A DNA stretch of 64,000 nt from Thermodesulfobacteriota bacterium (GTDB lineage Bacteria > Desulfobacterota > Binatia > Bin18). The stretch covers positions 960,001-1,024,000 of the forward strand of contig OZ219926.1 in assembly GCA_964291405.2 (NCBI GenBank), in the 5' to 3' direction. This document shows positions 1 to 9,621 of the stretch, in pieces. A program made the translations under genes and the position numbers. Under the pieces are notes generated by a model, which was not told the DNA's origin, made no database searches, and saw only the letters and a program-made list of their open reading frames with translations. Every line of letters starts with the position of its first letter. Position 1 is the first letter of the stretch.

Positions 1-843
1 TGCCCCATCCAGAATAGCACCCAGCCCGGCCGGGGTCGTCCACCCGGATCCGGAGACAAACCGGGGCAGCGCCCAGCGTGAGCTCGACGCGGTCATATAG
101 CCTCCGTTCGCCCCGAACGCGGCCTGCATCCGGTGGGCGGTCTGATGGGCCGGCAGATAGGTTTCGCGCAGATAGGGGCTCGACTGGCCCCACGGGTAGG
201 CCAACAGGCTGGGCCAGGCAGGCTTGATTTGCGCGTGGATAAACGTCGCCGCCTGCTGTATTTCGTTCCGGCACTCGGCATAGCTGTCTATCTGTTCAAA
301 ATCGCCCGCGCGCTGCTCGACCTCGCACACCCAACTGGCCTCGGGATGATTATGGTCCCAGCTATGGTTCTCAATCCCGAACAGGCCGGACCGCGCCGCC
401 GCGGCCCACCAGTCGTCCGTCATGCCGTGCAGGCCGAGCGGAGCCAGACAGCGCGCGTCCAGTTCTCTTCTCACACCGGGCGAGGCAATCACAAAACCGG
501 TCATATGCAGCAACGGTTGGGCCGCTGCCCCCACTTCCGTCTGAAAATCCCGCAGGATGTTGTAAAAACTCCGTTGGGGTCCGTACACCGGATGGTCACA
601 ATCATAGTAATCCGCGTTCGCACCATCGTCACAACTCAGACCTATTGCCCCGGCCGGCAGCTCCTGCGTGTGTGGCGCAACAACCCACGCGGCGAGTTGG
701 CGTAACGGGACAATGGTGAACCGCCGGGCGTGAATCGTCCGCAGATCGTGATACAGCGCCACATGATCGTTGGTTGCGTAGCCTGTGCCCTCGATCCGAT
801 GCGAATGATAGGCCAGAATCGGAATCCGCCGGAGCGCCTGCAT
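1..843 (-). CDS. Polysaccharide deacetylase (NodB/CE4 family), runs off the window start
   Basis: Not in the ORF track because there is no stop in the window. Manual translation from ATG at 843 gives MQALRRIPILAYHSH...IGLSCDDG...ENHSWDH...LAYPWG, the CE4 motifs (T/S)xDDG, H(S/T)xxH and YPxG. AAGGAAGAGG lies upstream. Confidence 0.85.
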   Translation of the reverse strand, partial: MQALRRIPILAYHSHRIEGTGYATNDHVALYHDLRTIHARRFTIVPLRQLAAWVVAPHTQELPAGAIGLSCDDGANADYYDCDHPVYGPQRSFYNILRDFQTEVGAAAQPLLHMTGFVIASPGVRRELDARCLAPLGLHGMTDDWWAAAARSGLFGIENHSWDHNHPEASWVCEVEQRAGDFEQIDSYAECRNEIQQAATFIHAQIKPAWPSLLAYPWGQSSPYLRETYLPAHQTAHRMQAAFGANGGYMTASSSRWALPRFVSGSGWTTPAGLGAILDGA

Positions 844-862
844 GACCGTGTATCCTCTTCCT

Positions 863-1645
863 TTAGAGATAATCGGCAAAAAATCCCCGGCAGCGCCCGA
901 ACGCATACCGGCCAAACCAAAAGAGCCCGACCGCCCAGCATACGCTATACGCCAACGTGCCGCCCAGGTTCAGGCTGCTCGACAGAATAATCGAGCGGTA
1001 GGCATCGGTAATCGCCACCATCGGGTTCAGAATGAACAGCGGACCGATGGATTCCGGGATGAGGCTGGCCGGATACAGAATCGGGGTCAGAAAAAACCAC
1101 AGCATAAACCCGGCGGTGGCGAGCTGTTCGACATCCCGAAAGAAGACATTCCCACAGGCGAGCAGCATACCCAGCCCAATTGCCAGGAGCAGCGCCAGAC
1201 CGAGGGGCAGGCACAGCAGCAGCCCGATCCCACCAATGAACGTGCCTTTCCACACCATCAGCCCGACCAGGAACAACAGGAAGCCGATACCCTGCACCAG
1301 AAAGCTGGCCAGCACCACCGCCACGACCAGCAGTTCCGACGGGAATTGCAGTTTCTTGACCATATTGGCGTTGTTGGTGATGGCGGTCACCGAGCGCAGG
1401 CAGGCCTCCTGAAACGCCAGCCACGGCCACAGGCCACAGAAGACAAACTCGGCAAACCCGTGCCCGCCCTCAATCTCGCCCACCCGGTAGATCGCCGAGA
1501 ACACCATGGTGTACAGACCTAACAGGATGGCCGGCTGGATCAAGGACCACAGACCGCCCAGACTCGTGCCGGCGAAGCGGGCGCCGATCTCACGCCGGAC
1601 CATGGTCACCAGGAGATAGCGATGGGTCGTCAGGGTGGTCAGCAT
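863..1645 (-). CDS. wzm: ABC-2 polysaccharide export permease (Wzm/RfbA/TagG-like)
   Basis: 260 aa multi-TM protein with RREIGARFAGTSLGGLWSLIQP and FFLTPILYP...LNPM motifs; the partner ATPase is nearby. Confidence 0.9.
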   Translation of the reverse strand: MLTTLTTHRYLLVTMVRREIGARFAGTSLGGLWSLIQPAILLGLYTMVFSAIYRVGEIEGGHGFAEFVFCGLWPWLAFQEACLRSVTAITNNANMVKKLQFPSELLVVAVVLASFLVQGIGFLLFLVGLMVWKGTFIGGIGLLLCLPLGLALLLAIGLGMLLACGNVFFRDVEQLATAGFMLWFFLTPILYPASLIPESIGPLFILNPMVAITDAYRSIILSSSLNLGGTLAYSVCWAVGLFWFGRYAFGRCRGFFADYL

Positions 1646-1658
1646 ACGTTACAGCCGT

Positions 1659-1811
1659 CGGGTTACGCTTCGCCCACCCGACCTGCGGGCTTGCCCGCCT
1701 TCCTCCATCTTCCTACATCCTGGGAGCGCGGGCATCTTGCCCGCCTGTTCCCTTTCTCCCCGGAGTGCGGCCAGCTTCGCCGCTGGCGGGCTGGAAGCCC
1801 GCACTCCCAGG
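1659..1811. repeat. REP cluster, left copy of the direct repeat flanking higBA (right copy ~2437-2582)
   Basis: cgggttacgcttcgcccacccgacctgcg...catcttcctacatcctgggagcgcgggcatcttgcccgcc...tgttccctttctccccggagtgcgg occurs at both 1659 and 2437. Confidence 0.85.
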
Positions 1812-1821
1812 GCGCGAAGCG

Positions 1822-2082
1822 TCAAGCGGCCGCCTGCTTGCGGCGTTCCTGGGCCAAGTCGTAACTCACTTGCATCCGCATCCAATGTTCGGCGTCACTC
1901 CATCCAATCCGTTCCAGCGCCAGCGCCATTGCCGGCGAGACAGCGGCGTGGCCGTTCAGCAGCCGCGACAGCGTATGTCTCGCCACACCGAGCCGGGCGG
2001 CGCATTCCGTCACCGTCCAACCCTCCGCCTCCAAGCTGTCACGAACCAGTTCTCCAGGGTGTGATGGATTATACATGGGCAT
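1822..2082 (-). CDS. higA: HigA family antitoxin (HTH)
   Basis: PSHPGELVRD...LSRLLNGHAAVSPAMALAL...WMRMQVSYDL; downstream of a HigB toxin. Confidence 0.92.
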   Translation of the reverse strand: MPMYNPSHPGELVRDSLEAEGWTVTECAARLGVARHTLSRLLNGHAAVSPAMALALERIGWSDAEHWMRMQVSYDLAQERRKQAAA

Positions 2083-2094
2083 GATGCGACCCTC

Positions 2095-2376
2095 CTAGTG
2101 ATAGTCGATCAGGTCAATGTCTACCGCCTCGCCGCTCTCGAAACGGAAGACGATTCGCCAGTTGCCGGATACGCGTAGACTCCATTGCCCACGACGGTCG
2201 CCTTTTAGCTGATGCAGCCGCCATCCAGGCAAGTCCAGGTTCCGCGGCGAGCGCGCGTCTTGCAGTGCGGTCAGCAGGCGCCGGATACGCTCTACATGAG
2301 TGGCATCTAACCCGCGAGCATCATCGTGTTCGTAGAATCGACGCAGTCCTTTGTGAGCGAACCTCATACCAGACAT
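2095..2376 (-). CDS. higB: HigB-like RelE/ParE toxin (plasmid maintenance killer type)
   Basis: FAHKGLRRFYE...LHQLKGDRRGQWSLRVSGNWRIVFRF...DYH; start uncertain (2367 or 2376). Confidence 0.92.
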   Translation of the reverse strand: MSGMRFAHKGLRRFYEHDDARGLDATHVERIRRLLTALQDARSPRNLDLPGWRLHQLKGDRRGQWSLRVSGNWRIVFRFESGEAVDIDLIDYH

Positions 2377-2658
2377 AGTGCCGTGTACCGTGTCGCGATA
2401 CAAGCCAGGCACACTATAAGCACTCACCTCTTTGAGCGGGTTACGCTTCGCCCACCCGACCTGCGAACCTGCTCTCTTTCCCCCATCTTCCTACATCCTG
2501 GGAGCGCGGGCATCTTGCCCGCCTTGCTTTCCTGGGAGCGCGGGCATCTTGCCCGCCTGTTCCCTTTCTCCCCGGAGTGCGGGCAGCCCCCCCCCTGGGA
2601 GTGCACTCCCAGGGGGGGGGCTGCCCGCACTCCCGGAAGGAAGCATGACAAAGCCGCA

Positions 2659-4338
2659 CTAACGGGAAACCAGAAAATCGCCAATAACGAGATGATCCAT
2701 ACCCGTCTGCCGGAACATGGCAATGGCATCATACGGCGTATTCACGATCGGGTCCCCTTTCAGATTGAACGACGTGTTGAGTACCCCATGAATCCCCGTC
2801 AGTTTGCCGAATTCGGTAATCAGCGCGTGGTATAGCGGGTTGGCCTCGGGTGCCACGACCTGCGCGCGGGCCGTGGCATCGACGTGCATGGCGGCGTTCA
2901 GGTCGCGCCGGCCGGCCGGGGTCGTCGGCAACGCCATGGTCATATAGGGGGCCGACATGGACGTGGGGAAATAGCGCGCGCGCTGCTCCACCACCACCGA
3001 GGGGCCAAAGGGCCGCCAGTCCTCGCGGTGCTTGACCCGATTATTGACTCGATCCTTCATGGCCGCGTCGCCGGGATTGGCCAGGATGGAGCGATTCCCC
3101 AGGGCGCGCGGCCCCATTTCCATCCGGCCCTGAAACCAGCCCAGAATATTGCCGTCGGCCAGCAACTCCGCCCCGCGGGTGGTCACATCCGAGCAGGCCG
3201 CATACGAAACACCGGTCTCCTCAAGGGCGGCTCTGATGTCCTGGTTACTCCACTCCGGGCCGAAATAGGCGTGAGGCAGGGGACGGGGGCGTTTGCCCGT
3301 TTCCCTGGCATACAGCGCAAACGCCGCACCAATGGCACAGCCCGGGTCGTTGGCTGCCGGCGGTATGTAGAGACGCCGAACCGCGGGATGCGCGGCCAGT
3401 TCACCGTTCATCTTGGCGTTCAAACCGACCCCGCCGGCCAGACAGAAGTCGTGCCAGCCGGTCTGGGCGAAGAGCAGATCGAACAAATGCGCGCCAATGC
3501 GCTCGGTCACCGCCTGGAGCGAAGCCGCAATATGCTCATCCGTGCCGTCTATCGGGTTTCTCCGATACGCCCGCGGCGGCCCGAAAAAACGACTCAGCCC
3601 GACCGGCACCTCGGACAGCCAGCCGACAATGGCCCGTGACCAGTAATCGTCCGGCCGGGTGACAAACCCCTCCGGCGTCGGTGTCACGATCTGGTCGAAC
3701 ACCTCGGCGAAGCGGTCCTCGCCGTACGAGGCCAGCCCCATGACGCTGCCCTCTCCGTCCAGAAACGTAAACCCGAGAAAATTGGTGACCGCAGAGTAGA
3801 GCATCCCCAACGAGTGCGGCATGGGGACTTCGGCCAGGTGGGTGATCTGCGCGCCCTCGCCTTTTGCCAGGATTGCCGTGACCGCCTCTCCCCGCGCGTC
3901 CAGCGAAAGGATATTGGCCTGCTCAAACGGCGAGCACAGGAAGGCGGTCGCCAGATGGCAGTCGTGGTGGTCGATCACCTCAAGCCGGACGCCGACGGTT
4001 TTGGCAAAGGTCTCGACATAGCTGCGGATCGTTTGCAGGTTTCTGAAATAGCTGAGCAGATCGTGCGGATGACGCTGGAAGTGCGAGAAAAACGGCTCGA
4101 CCTTCCAGTCCTCGCACAGGCTGCGGGTACAGTCGTAATAAAACGCCAGGGCATCGAGATCGCGGAAATCAACCCCGGCCTGGCGCAGGCAGAATTGGAT
4201 CGCCTGATGGGGGAATTGACCGTGGGCGTGTTTTTGCCGGATCAGGCGTTCTTCCTCGGCATAGGCGACCAACTCCCCGTCCCGGACCAGGGCCGCGGAC
4301 GCATCGTGAAACAGCCCGGTGACGCCCAGGACGATCAT
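2659..4338 (-). CDS. Carbamoyltransferase (NodU/CmcH family)
   Basis: HDASAAL...EEERLIRQKH, GRMEMGPRALGNRSILA, KHREDWRPFGP and LNTSFN motifs. Confidence 0.93.
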   Translation of the reverse strand: MIVLGVTGLFHDASAALVRDGELVAYAEEERLIRQKHAHGQFPHQAIQFCLRQAGVDFRDLDALAFYYDCTRSLCEDWKVEPFFSHFQRHPHDLLSYFRNLQTIRSYVETFAKTVGVRLEVIDHHDCHLATAFLCSPFEQANILSLDARGEAVTAILAKGEGAQITHLAEVPMPHSLGMLYSAVTNFLGFTFLDGEGSVMGLASYGEDRFAEVFDQIVTPTPEGFVTRPDDYWSRAIVGWLSEVPVGLSRFFGPPRAYRRNPIDGTDEHIAASLQAVTERIGAHLFDLLFAQTGWHDFCLAGGVGLNAKMNGELAAHPAVRRLYIPPAANDPGCAIGAAFALYARETGKRPRPLPHAYFGPEWSNQDIRAALEETGVSYAACSDVTTRGAELLADGNILGWFQGRMEMGPRALGNRSILANPGDAAMKDRVNNRVKHREDWRPFGPSVVVEQRARYFPTSMSAPYMTMALPTTPAGRRDLNAAMHVDATARAQVVAPEANPLYHALITEFGKLTGIHGVLNTSFNLKGDPIVNTPYDAIAMFRQTGMDHLVIGDFLVSR

Positions 4339-4544
4339 GCCTCCCCCTCGGCGGCACGCTGGCTGTGCACCTCGTGGGCTACGGCGGCCGGATCGACCAG
4401 CGCCGAGGATGAGACAATACTCAGGAACAGCCGCGCGGCCTGGAACACCTGGGCTTCGGTCAGGCTCATGGCGAATTCGTCCTCAAGCGCGCGCAGGGCC
4501 GCCGCGCGTTGCGCCTCGTCCAGGAAACGTTCGTTCTCCTGCAT
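4335..4544 (-). CDS. Small hypothetical protein coupled to the carbamoyltransferase
   Basis: 69 aa, GAGGAG SD, ATGA overlap with the downstream gene. Confidence 0.55.
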   Translation of the reverse strand: MQENERFLDEAQRAAALRALEDEFAMSLTEAQVFQAARLFLSIVSSSALVDPAAVAHEVHSQRAAEGEA

Positions 4545-4826
4545 ACGGTCTCTCCTCTTGCTTCGTTTCTCCTGGGAGCGCGGTCCAGCTCCGGTTGTTC
4601 CATCTTGGCCGCCTGTTCCCTTTCTCCCCGGAGTGCGGCCAGCTTGGCCGCTTGCGGGCTGGAAGCCCGCACTCCCAGGGAGGAACCCACCCCGCCGCTG
4701 CGGCCTTTACACGCGGCGGCCCCGTCGAGGTCTCTGATAAGGGCTCTAATTTTTCGAGGCATCCGTATTATAGCCGACACGCAGGGCCGGCCTCTACATG
4801 TTCCTTCTCTTCTCCTCCTCTGCGCA

Positions 4827-6080
4827 TCACGTCCAGCGGTGCGGCAAACGACACACCCCCAGCTCCCGGCTCTCGCCCCGCACCGAAAAATCCTTTTCCA
4901 CGGTATCAAACATGCGCAGGCCGGACGGGTCAAGAACATGGGTCCGAAAGGTGTAGGTGCCGGGTAACAGGCTGAGGCTGACCTCATACCCGATCCGAAA
5001 GGTGTGGGCATCCACGCGCTGGGGTTCGACCCGGTCCATGTCGCTGAAAATGCCGTACACGCCGAACTTGTCGTTCCGCCGGACATGGCCAACGGCAAAG
5101 ACGGGCGGTTGGCCGTCGGGCACCTCGGCGATCATTTCGATCCGGGCGGTATCGCCCATGTCAAACACGTTGGTTTCCCGGTTGTCCGCGCCCAGCAGGC
5201 GGACCTGGCGCAGGCGGCTGGGCCGGGAAGCGTCGGCGACGGGCTGGGCCTCCGGTTGCTGCTCTTCCCGGGCCTCCAGCTCGCGCAGATAGTCCTCAAA
5301 CGCCAGCGTCACCTCGGCCGCGCCCCCCCAGGCCCGGACCCGACCGTGGTCGAGCCACAAGGCTTTCTGGCACAGCTTCTGGACGTGGTACATGCTGTGG
5401 GAACAGAACAGGAGCGTTTTTCCTTCGTCCAGAAACGCCTCCATGCGGCGAATGCACTTCTTCTGAAACGCCTCGTCGCCAACCGACAGCACTTCGTCCG
5501 TAATCAGGATATCGGGCCGGATGCTGGTGGCCACGGCAAAGCCCAGGCGCATATACATGCCCGAGGAATAGGTTTTGACCGGCTGGTCGATAAAGTCGTC
5601 CAGTTCGGCAAAGGCGATAATCTCCGGGACCAGGGCCTCGGTTTCCGCGCCCTCCAGGCCCAGCATGGCCGCGGAAAAATAGATATTCTCCCGGCCGGTG
5701 TATTCCGGGTGAAAGCCCGTACCCAGCTCCAACAACGCGCCCACCCGACCGGCCACCTCGATCGTGCCGGACGAGGGTCGGGTCACGCCGGAGATGAGCT
5801 TGAGCAGGGTGGATTTGCCCGAGCCGTTGCGCCCGATAATGCCGCACGACTGGCCGGCTTCCAGGCAGAGATCAACCTCCTGCAAGGCCCAGAAGTCCTG
5901 GTGATAGCGGCGGGACGCAACAAACAGTTCCTTGAGCCGGTCGAGCGGCCGGGCATACAGCTTATAGCATTTGCCTAAATGATCAGTGCGGACAACCCAG
6001 TCTGACGAAGGGGGATTCTCTGCTCCCTCTTCCCCTGGGGGAGAGGGCCGGGGTGAGGGGGACAACACAGAACGAGACAC
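4827..6080 (-). CDS. wzt: Polysaccharide ABC transporter ATPase with Wzt C-terminal domain
   Basis: Walker A GRNGSGKST, signature YSSGMYMRLGFA, DEVLSVGD, C-terminal beta domain. Confidence 0.93.
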   Translation of the reverse strand: MSRSVLSPSPRPSPPGEEGAENPPSSDWVVRTDHLGKCYKLYARPLDRLKELFVASRRYHQDFWALQEVDLCLEAGQSCGIIGRNGSGKSTLLKLISGVTRPSSGTIEVAGRVGALLELGTGFHPEYTGRENIYFSAAMLGLEGAETEALVPEIIAFAELDDFIDQPVKTYSSGMYMRLGFAVATSIRPDILITDEVLSVGDEAFQKKCIRRMEAFLDEGKTLLFCSHSMYHVQKLCQKALWLDHGRVRAWGGAAEVTLAFEDYLRELEAREEQQPEAQPVADASRPSRLRQVRLLGADNRETNVFDMGDTARIEMIAEVPDGQPPVFAVGHVRRNDKFGVYGIFSDMDRVEPQRVDAHTFRIGYEVSLSLLPGTYTFRTHVLDPSGLRMFDTVEKDFSVRGESRELGVCRLPHRWT

Positions 6081-6089
6081 AATCGATAT

Positions 6090-6359
6090 CTACAACAGTT
6101 TCACGATCGCCGCGACCGCCGTCACAATGCCCAGCGCTACCAGCCAGAGCTGCTTGTATAAGCCCGCGATGTCCGCCTTCAACTCGGCCTTCACCTCGGC
6201 TATCTCCGCCTTTACCTCGGCAATATCGGCCTTGGTCGCCACGCTCTCGGTGAACGCCTCCCGGATCGTATCCGTAATGGCCTCGGCTTGCTGTGCTTCA
6301 AAGCCCGCCGCGGTTAGCGCCTTGGCCGCATGTAAGGTATCGAAGGTTGCGCTCGCCAT
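6090..6359 (-). CDS. DUF1640/CCDC90-like coiled-coil protein with C-terminal TM
   Basis: FDTLHAAKALTAAGFEAQQAEAI...ATKADIAEVKAEI followed by a hydrophobic tail. Confidence 0.8.
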   Translation of the reverse strand: MASATFDTLHAAKALTAAGFEAQQAEAITDTIREAFTESVATKADIAEVKAEIAEVKAELKADIAGLYKQLWLVALGIVTAVAAIVKLL

Positions 6360-6469
6360 AGGGCACCCAGCCTACCAACTCGTCAGGTAAAACGCAAAGC
6401 TCCCGCCCTCCCATCCCCTCCCTGGAGGGAAAGAGGGCATGGTTCAAGACAAAAGAAGAAAGTTGATAG

Positions 6470-6751
6470 TCATTTTTTGAAGAGGTCTGAATGGGTGCCG
6501 GTTCGCAGGAATACGATTTCTTCCGGGTCCTCGTCATTCCAGATAAGAAGCCAGTCAGGCTCGACATGACATTCCCATGACGGTGCCCATGGTCCGGCTA
6601 AACGGTGGGGCTTATGACGCGGGTCAAGCGGTGTTCCAGTCGCAATGTTCTCGATGACCTCTTGAAGTTTGGCCGTATCCTTTCCGCGTCTCTTGGCTTT
6701 TTTGACGTCCTTTTTGAACTGCGTCGTGAGATGCAGCTTATTCATCGTCAA
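6470..6751 (-). CDS. yafQ: YafQ family mRNA interferase toxin
   Basis: QFKKDVKK...HRLAG...ECHVEPDWLLIW...LRTGTHSDLF. Confidence 0.92.
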   Translation of the reverse strand: MTMNKLHLTTQFKKDVKKAKRRGKDTAKLQEVIENIATGTPLDPRHKPHRLAGPWAPSWECHVEPDWLLIWNDEDPEEIVFLRTGTHSDLFKK

Positions 6752-6956
6752 AGAGGTCGGCCATCAATTCATCCACGCTGTTGTAGCTCAACAGACCCTT
6801 CTTTGTGCGCGCCTGCCGAATAGCGGCCAGACTCTCGGCATTGGGGATTCTTGACTCGTCAGGCTGCTTCGATGTGGACGGCTCATGAACGTCGGCCACT
6901 CCCCGGCGGCCCCGTGCATGCAGTCCGCTATTTGGGTTCGATTTCCCCTTGTCCAT
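6738..6956 (-). CDS. Putative antitoxin with DinJ-like C-terminus
   Basis: RIPNAESLAAIRQAR...YNSVDELMADL tail typical of DinJ/RelB; overlaps yafQ; no clear N-terminal RHH domain. Confidence 0.65.
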   Translation of the reverse strand: MDKGKSNPNSGLHARGRRGVADVHEPSTSKQPDESRIPNAESLAAIRQARTKKGLLSYNSVDELMADLFDDE

Positions 6957-7273
6957 GGTTGCCTCTTTCTCGTACATCTCGAGTTCTCTTGTACAAAATC
7001 ATCTTCCGGCTGCACGTTCAAGGGTGCGGAACGACGCAACCCACCCCGCCGCTCCGCGGCGTAAAGAGAAAACATGCCATCATCCACCTTTTCTATCGAA
7101 AGACACATTTCCTCTTTCCCTCCCTGGAGGGGATAGGAATCTACTGTTACGACCGAGGAGCGGGACGCCCTCCCAGGGCGGGCAGAGCTGCCCCCCCTCC
7201 CAGGCAGGAAGGACTTGGCACAACGAAGGACTTGGCACAACGGGACGACGCCCCCCCCACACGGCGACCGCGG

Positions 7274-8056
7274 TCATGTCACGGGCTTCGACAGTCGGGT
7301 CACGCGCTCGAGATCGTCCAGCCGGAATACCGCGTCCGTCCAACCCGCGCCTTCCACCCGGCGACAGCGCGCCGCCTGTCTATCCGGATGCACCCCCATA
7401 ATCACCATGACCGGCCCGCCCGCTTTCGCTCGGACCAGATCGCCTTTCTGCAACGGCCCCGGCCCTGCCACCTCGGGCGGCCGCCTTTCTGCCTGCTGGA
7501 ACATGGCCCGGGCCACGAGATGCGGGTTGGTGGAAATCAATCGAGAGGTGGTGCCCCGCCGAATCCGGCGGATCATCGACCGGGCGGTCCGGCGACTCAC
7601 GGCCAGCGTCTGGCAGATCACCGGCAGACTCGCCTCCTCTGTGCGGTGCATCGTCATCACAAAGATCGCCAGCACCCACGCCCGCAGCGGCAGCCTGCTC
7701 CGCTGGAGGGCAGTGCCCGTCTTGAGGTTGAAATACTGCCGGCACGTCGCACACCGGTACATGGGCTGCGCAGGGCTGACAGTGTTGGTCTGCGGAGAGC
7801 CACAGTGCCCACACACCCGTCCCTGCGGCCAGCGCACACTCTCCAGCCAGCGCCGGGCCGCGGCTTCATCCGGGAATTGCTCAACCAACGCGGCAACGGT
7901 CATCCGGGCGGCCGGGGTCGCGCCCGGGTTGGACGGAGTCGGACGCGAGCCCGGAGGGGTCGGGGGCTCGGCGCTGAGCCTCTCGTCGTCGGTGTGGGGC
8001 GGCAACGGGGAGTCCTTGGCGTCTACGACGTGCTGATCGTCTTTATCCTCTTCCAC
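7274..8056 (-). CDS. IS1595-type transposase N-terminal Zn-ribbon/HTH fused to a YodC (DUF2158)-like domain; no DDE domain
   Basis: FPDEAAARRWLESVRWP..VCGHCGS...YRCATCRQYFNLKTGT...LPLRAW, then LQKGDLVRAKAGGPVMVI. Confidence 0.7.
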   Translation of the reverse strand: MEEDKDDQHVVDAKDSPLPPHTDDERLSAEPPTPPGSRPTPSNPGATPAARMTVAALVEQFPDEAAARRWLESVRWPQGRVCGHCGSPQTNTVSPAQPMYRCATCRQYFNLKTGTALQRSRLPLRAWVLAIFVMTMHRTEEASLPVICQTLAVSRRTARSMIRRIRRGTTSRLISTNPHLVARAMFQQAERRPPEVAGPGPLQKGDLVRAKAGGPVMVIMGVHPDRQAARCRRVEGAGWTDAVFRLDDLERVTRLSKPVT

Positions 8057-8595
8057 GATTGACGCTCCAGGAGCGCGGGCATGCCCGCACTCTGCTCACG
8101 CATGCCCGCCCCGCTATCAACCAGGGCGTTGCCCTGCGCGATCATCATCTGATTGGTGGCGACCCGGCTCTCCTTGTTTCCCTGCATCACCCAGGGGTGA
8201 TAGGCCATAGTGGTCTGTCTTGACAGCAAAAGTCAACCATTTTGGCATGCGTTATAATGCTGATGAGAACAGCGCCCACCCCTTTCCTTTGTCGAAAAAC
8301 AGGGTCGCCCCGGAGCAGCAAGGCCGCGCCCTTGAAGTCCCCATAGAGCGCACCGCCCCCCGGTCGTAGCACACGCGGGGGAATTGTTTGGCGGGTCCTC
8401 GGCGGGGTGGAAGCCCGCAAGCGGCCATCTTGGCCGCGCTCCCAGGAAAAGAAAATAAACAGGCGGGCAAGATGCCCGCGCTCCCAGGCAGGAAAGACTT
8501 GGCACAACGGGACGACGCCCCCCTCACACGGCGACCGCGGTCATGTCACGGGCTTCGACAGTCGGGTCACGCGCTCGAGATCAGTACGCAGCCTT

Positions 8596-8672
8596 GTAGG
8601 TCGGGTTAGCCGCAGGCGGAACCCGACACCTCCGGCTGTGTCGGATTACGCTCCGCTCATCCGACCTACTGC
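8596..8672. repeat. GTAG-type REP doublet (second copy 9552-9628, single arm at 11601)
   Basis: gtaggtcgggttagccgcaggcg(g/t)aacccgaca...gtcggattacgctccgctcatc(c/t)gacctac forms an inverted pair. Confidence 0.85.
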
Positions 8673-9161
8673 TAGGCCCGCGTTGCGCGGGCTGTGAGCC
8701 CGGTCGGCGCTTGAGCGGTGTAAATTACCAGGCTCGTCCAAACACAGATACATGAACTCAGCAAATGACGAGGCTACCACTTGAGGGCTCTCTCCACCCA
8801 CCATCACGATAGTCCCTTGACCGGTGGAACTGAGATCAATCGCGTAGCCGTGAGACCACAGCAGGTAGTCCGCGAACAGATAGTAGCCCGTATACCCTGC
8901 TGCCCACGGAGCCTCAACTGCTTCCTGCAACGGTCTGACCTCCTCCAGAGGCCAGAACCGGATATGACTCTCGGAGTCCATTTCGTCCAGCTCCATCCCA
9001 TTCACCGCCTCGAAGTAGGCGTGGATATCGGGTCCCAGCCGGGCCTGAAACTTCTCCTCAAATTGTGCGAACTGTTCGGCGGAAACACCTGGCCTGATCT
9101 TCATCCGGGCTTCCTTCCACCGTTGAGTCAACCGGTCTACGGCTTCTTTCGTTTCCATCAC
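8646..9161 (-). CDS. SMI1/KNR4 family immunity protein
   Basis: GVSAEQFAQFEEKFQARLGPDIHAYFEAVNG...FWPLEE...VVASSFAEF; GGAG SD. Confidence 0.85.
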   Translation of the reverse strand: MMETKEAVDRLTQRWKEARMKIRPGVSAEQFAQFEEKFQARLGPDIHAYFEAVNGMELDEMDSESHIRFWPLEEVRPLQEAVEAPWAAGYTGYYLFADYLLWSHGYAIDLSSTGQGTIVMVGGESPQVVASSFAEFMYLCLDEPGNLHRSSADRAHSPRNAGLAVGRMSGA

Positions 9162-9174
9162 ATGGCTCCTTCAT

Positions 9175-9417
9175 TTACCGGAGTTGGGAGGACAGCCTGT
9201 CTATAATCCCTATCCTCTTTTTCTGGACTCCGGTTGTATCCCTGCCCTTAGCGATGGCATCCTCGGCAATTTTTCTGTATCGCTCAAGTGCGTCACTCGT
9301 CACGCCCTCAGGAATTTCAATCGTATCACGTCCGAGCATATCTTCCGCACCTTTTAGACCTTGACCGAACAATTTTCGTAGACCCTCATTTTCTTCTGGA
9401 GTAAACTTTTCACCCAT
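9175..9417 (-). CDS. Putative orphan polymorphic-toxin C-terminal tip
   Basis: Low-GC ~80 aa helical ORF (LERYRKIAEDAIAKGRDTTGVQKKRI) directly upstream of the SMI1 gene; function inferred from context. Confidence 0.5.
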   Translation of the reverse strand: MGEKFTPEENEGLRKLFGQGLKGAEDMLGRDTIEIPEGVTSDALERYRKIAEDAIAKGRDTTGVQKKRIGIIDRLSSQLR

Positions 9418-9621
9418 CTCAATCCTGATTTGTACGACTGGTCTAGCGGGCCATGCCACATGAGCACGAAGCGGATACTCCTGTCAATAGGAATCAACCC
9501 CCTGAAAAAACTCATCTTTTTGCCAAATTCCATCGGTGTTCTGTGAGCCTTGTAGGTCGGGTTAGCCGCAGGCGTAACCCGACACCTCCGGCCGTGTCGG
9601 ATTACGCTCCGCTCATCTGAC

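Noticed and set aside
93-990. ORF-track calls 93-281, 133-705, 642-941, 730-990
   Set aside because: Shadows of the real minus-strand deacetylase frame (843 to window start).
7274-8056. Active IS1595 element
   Set aside because: No DDE catalytic domain, terminal inverted repeats or target duplication visible.
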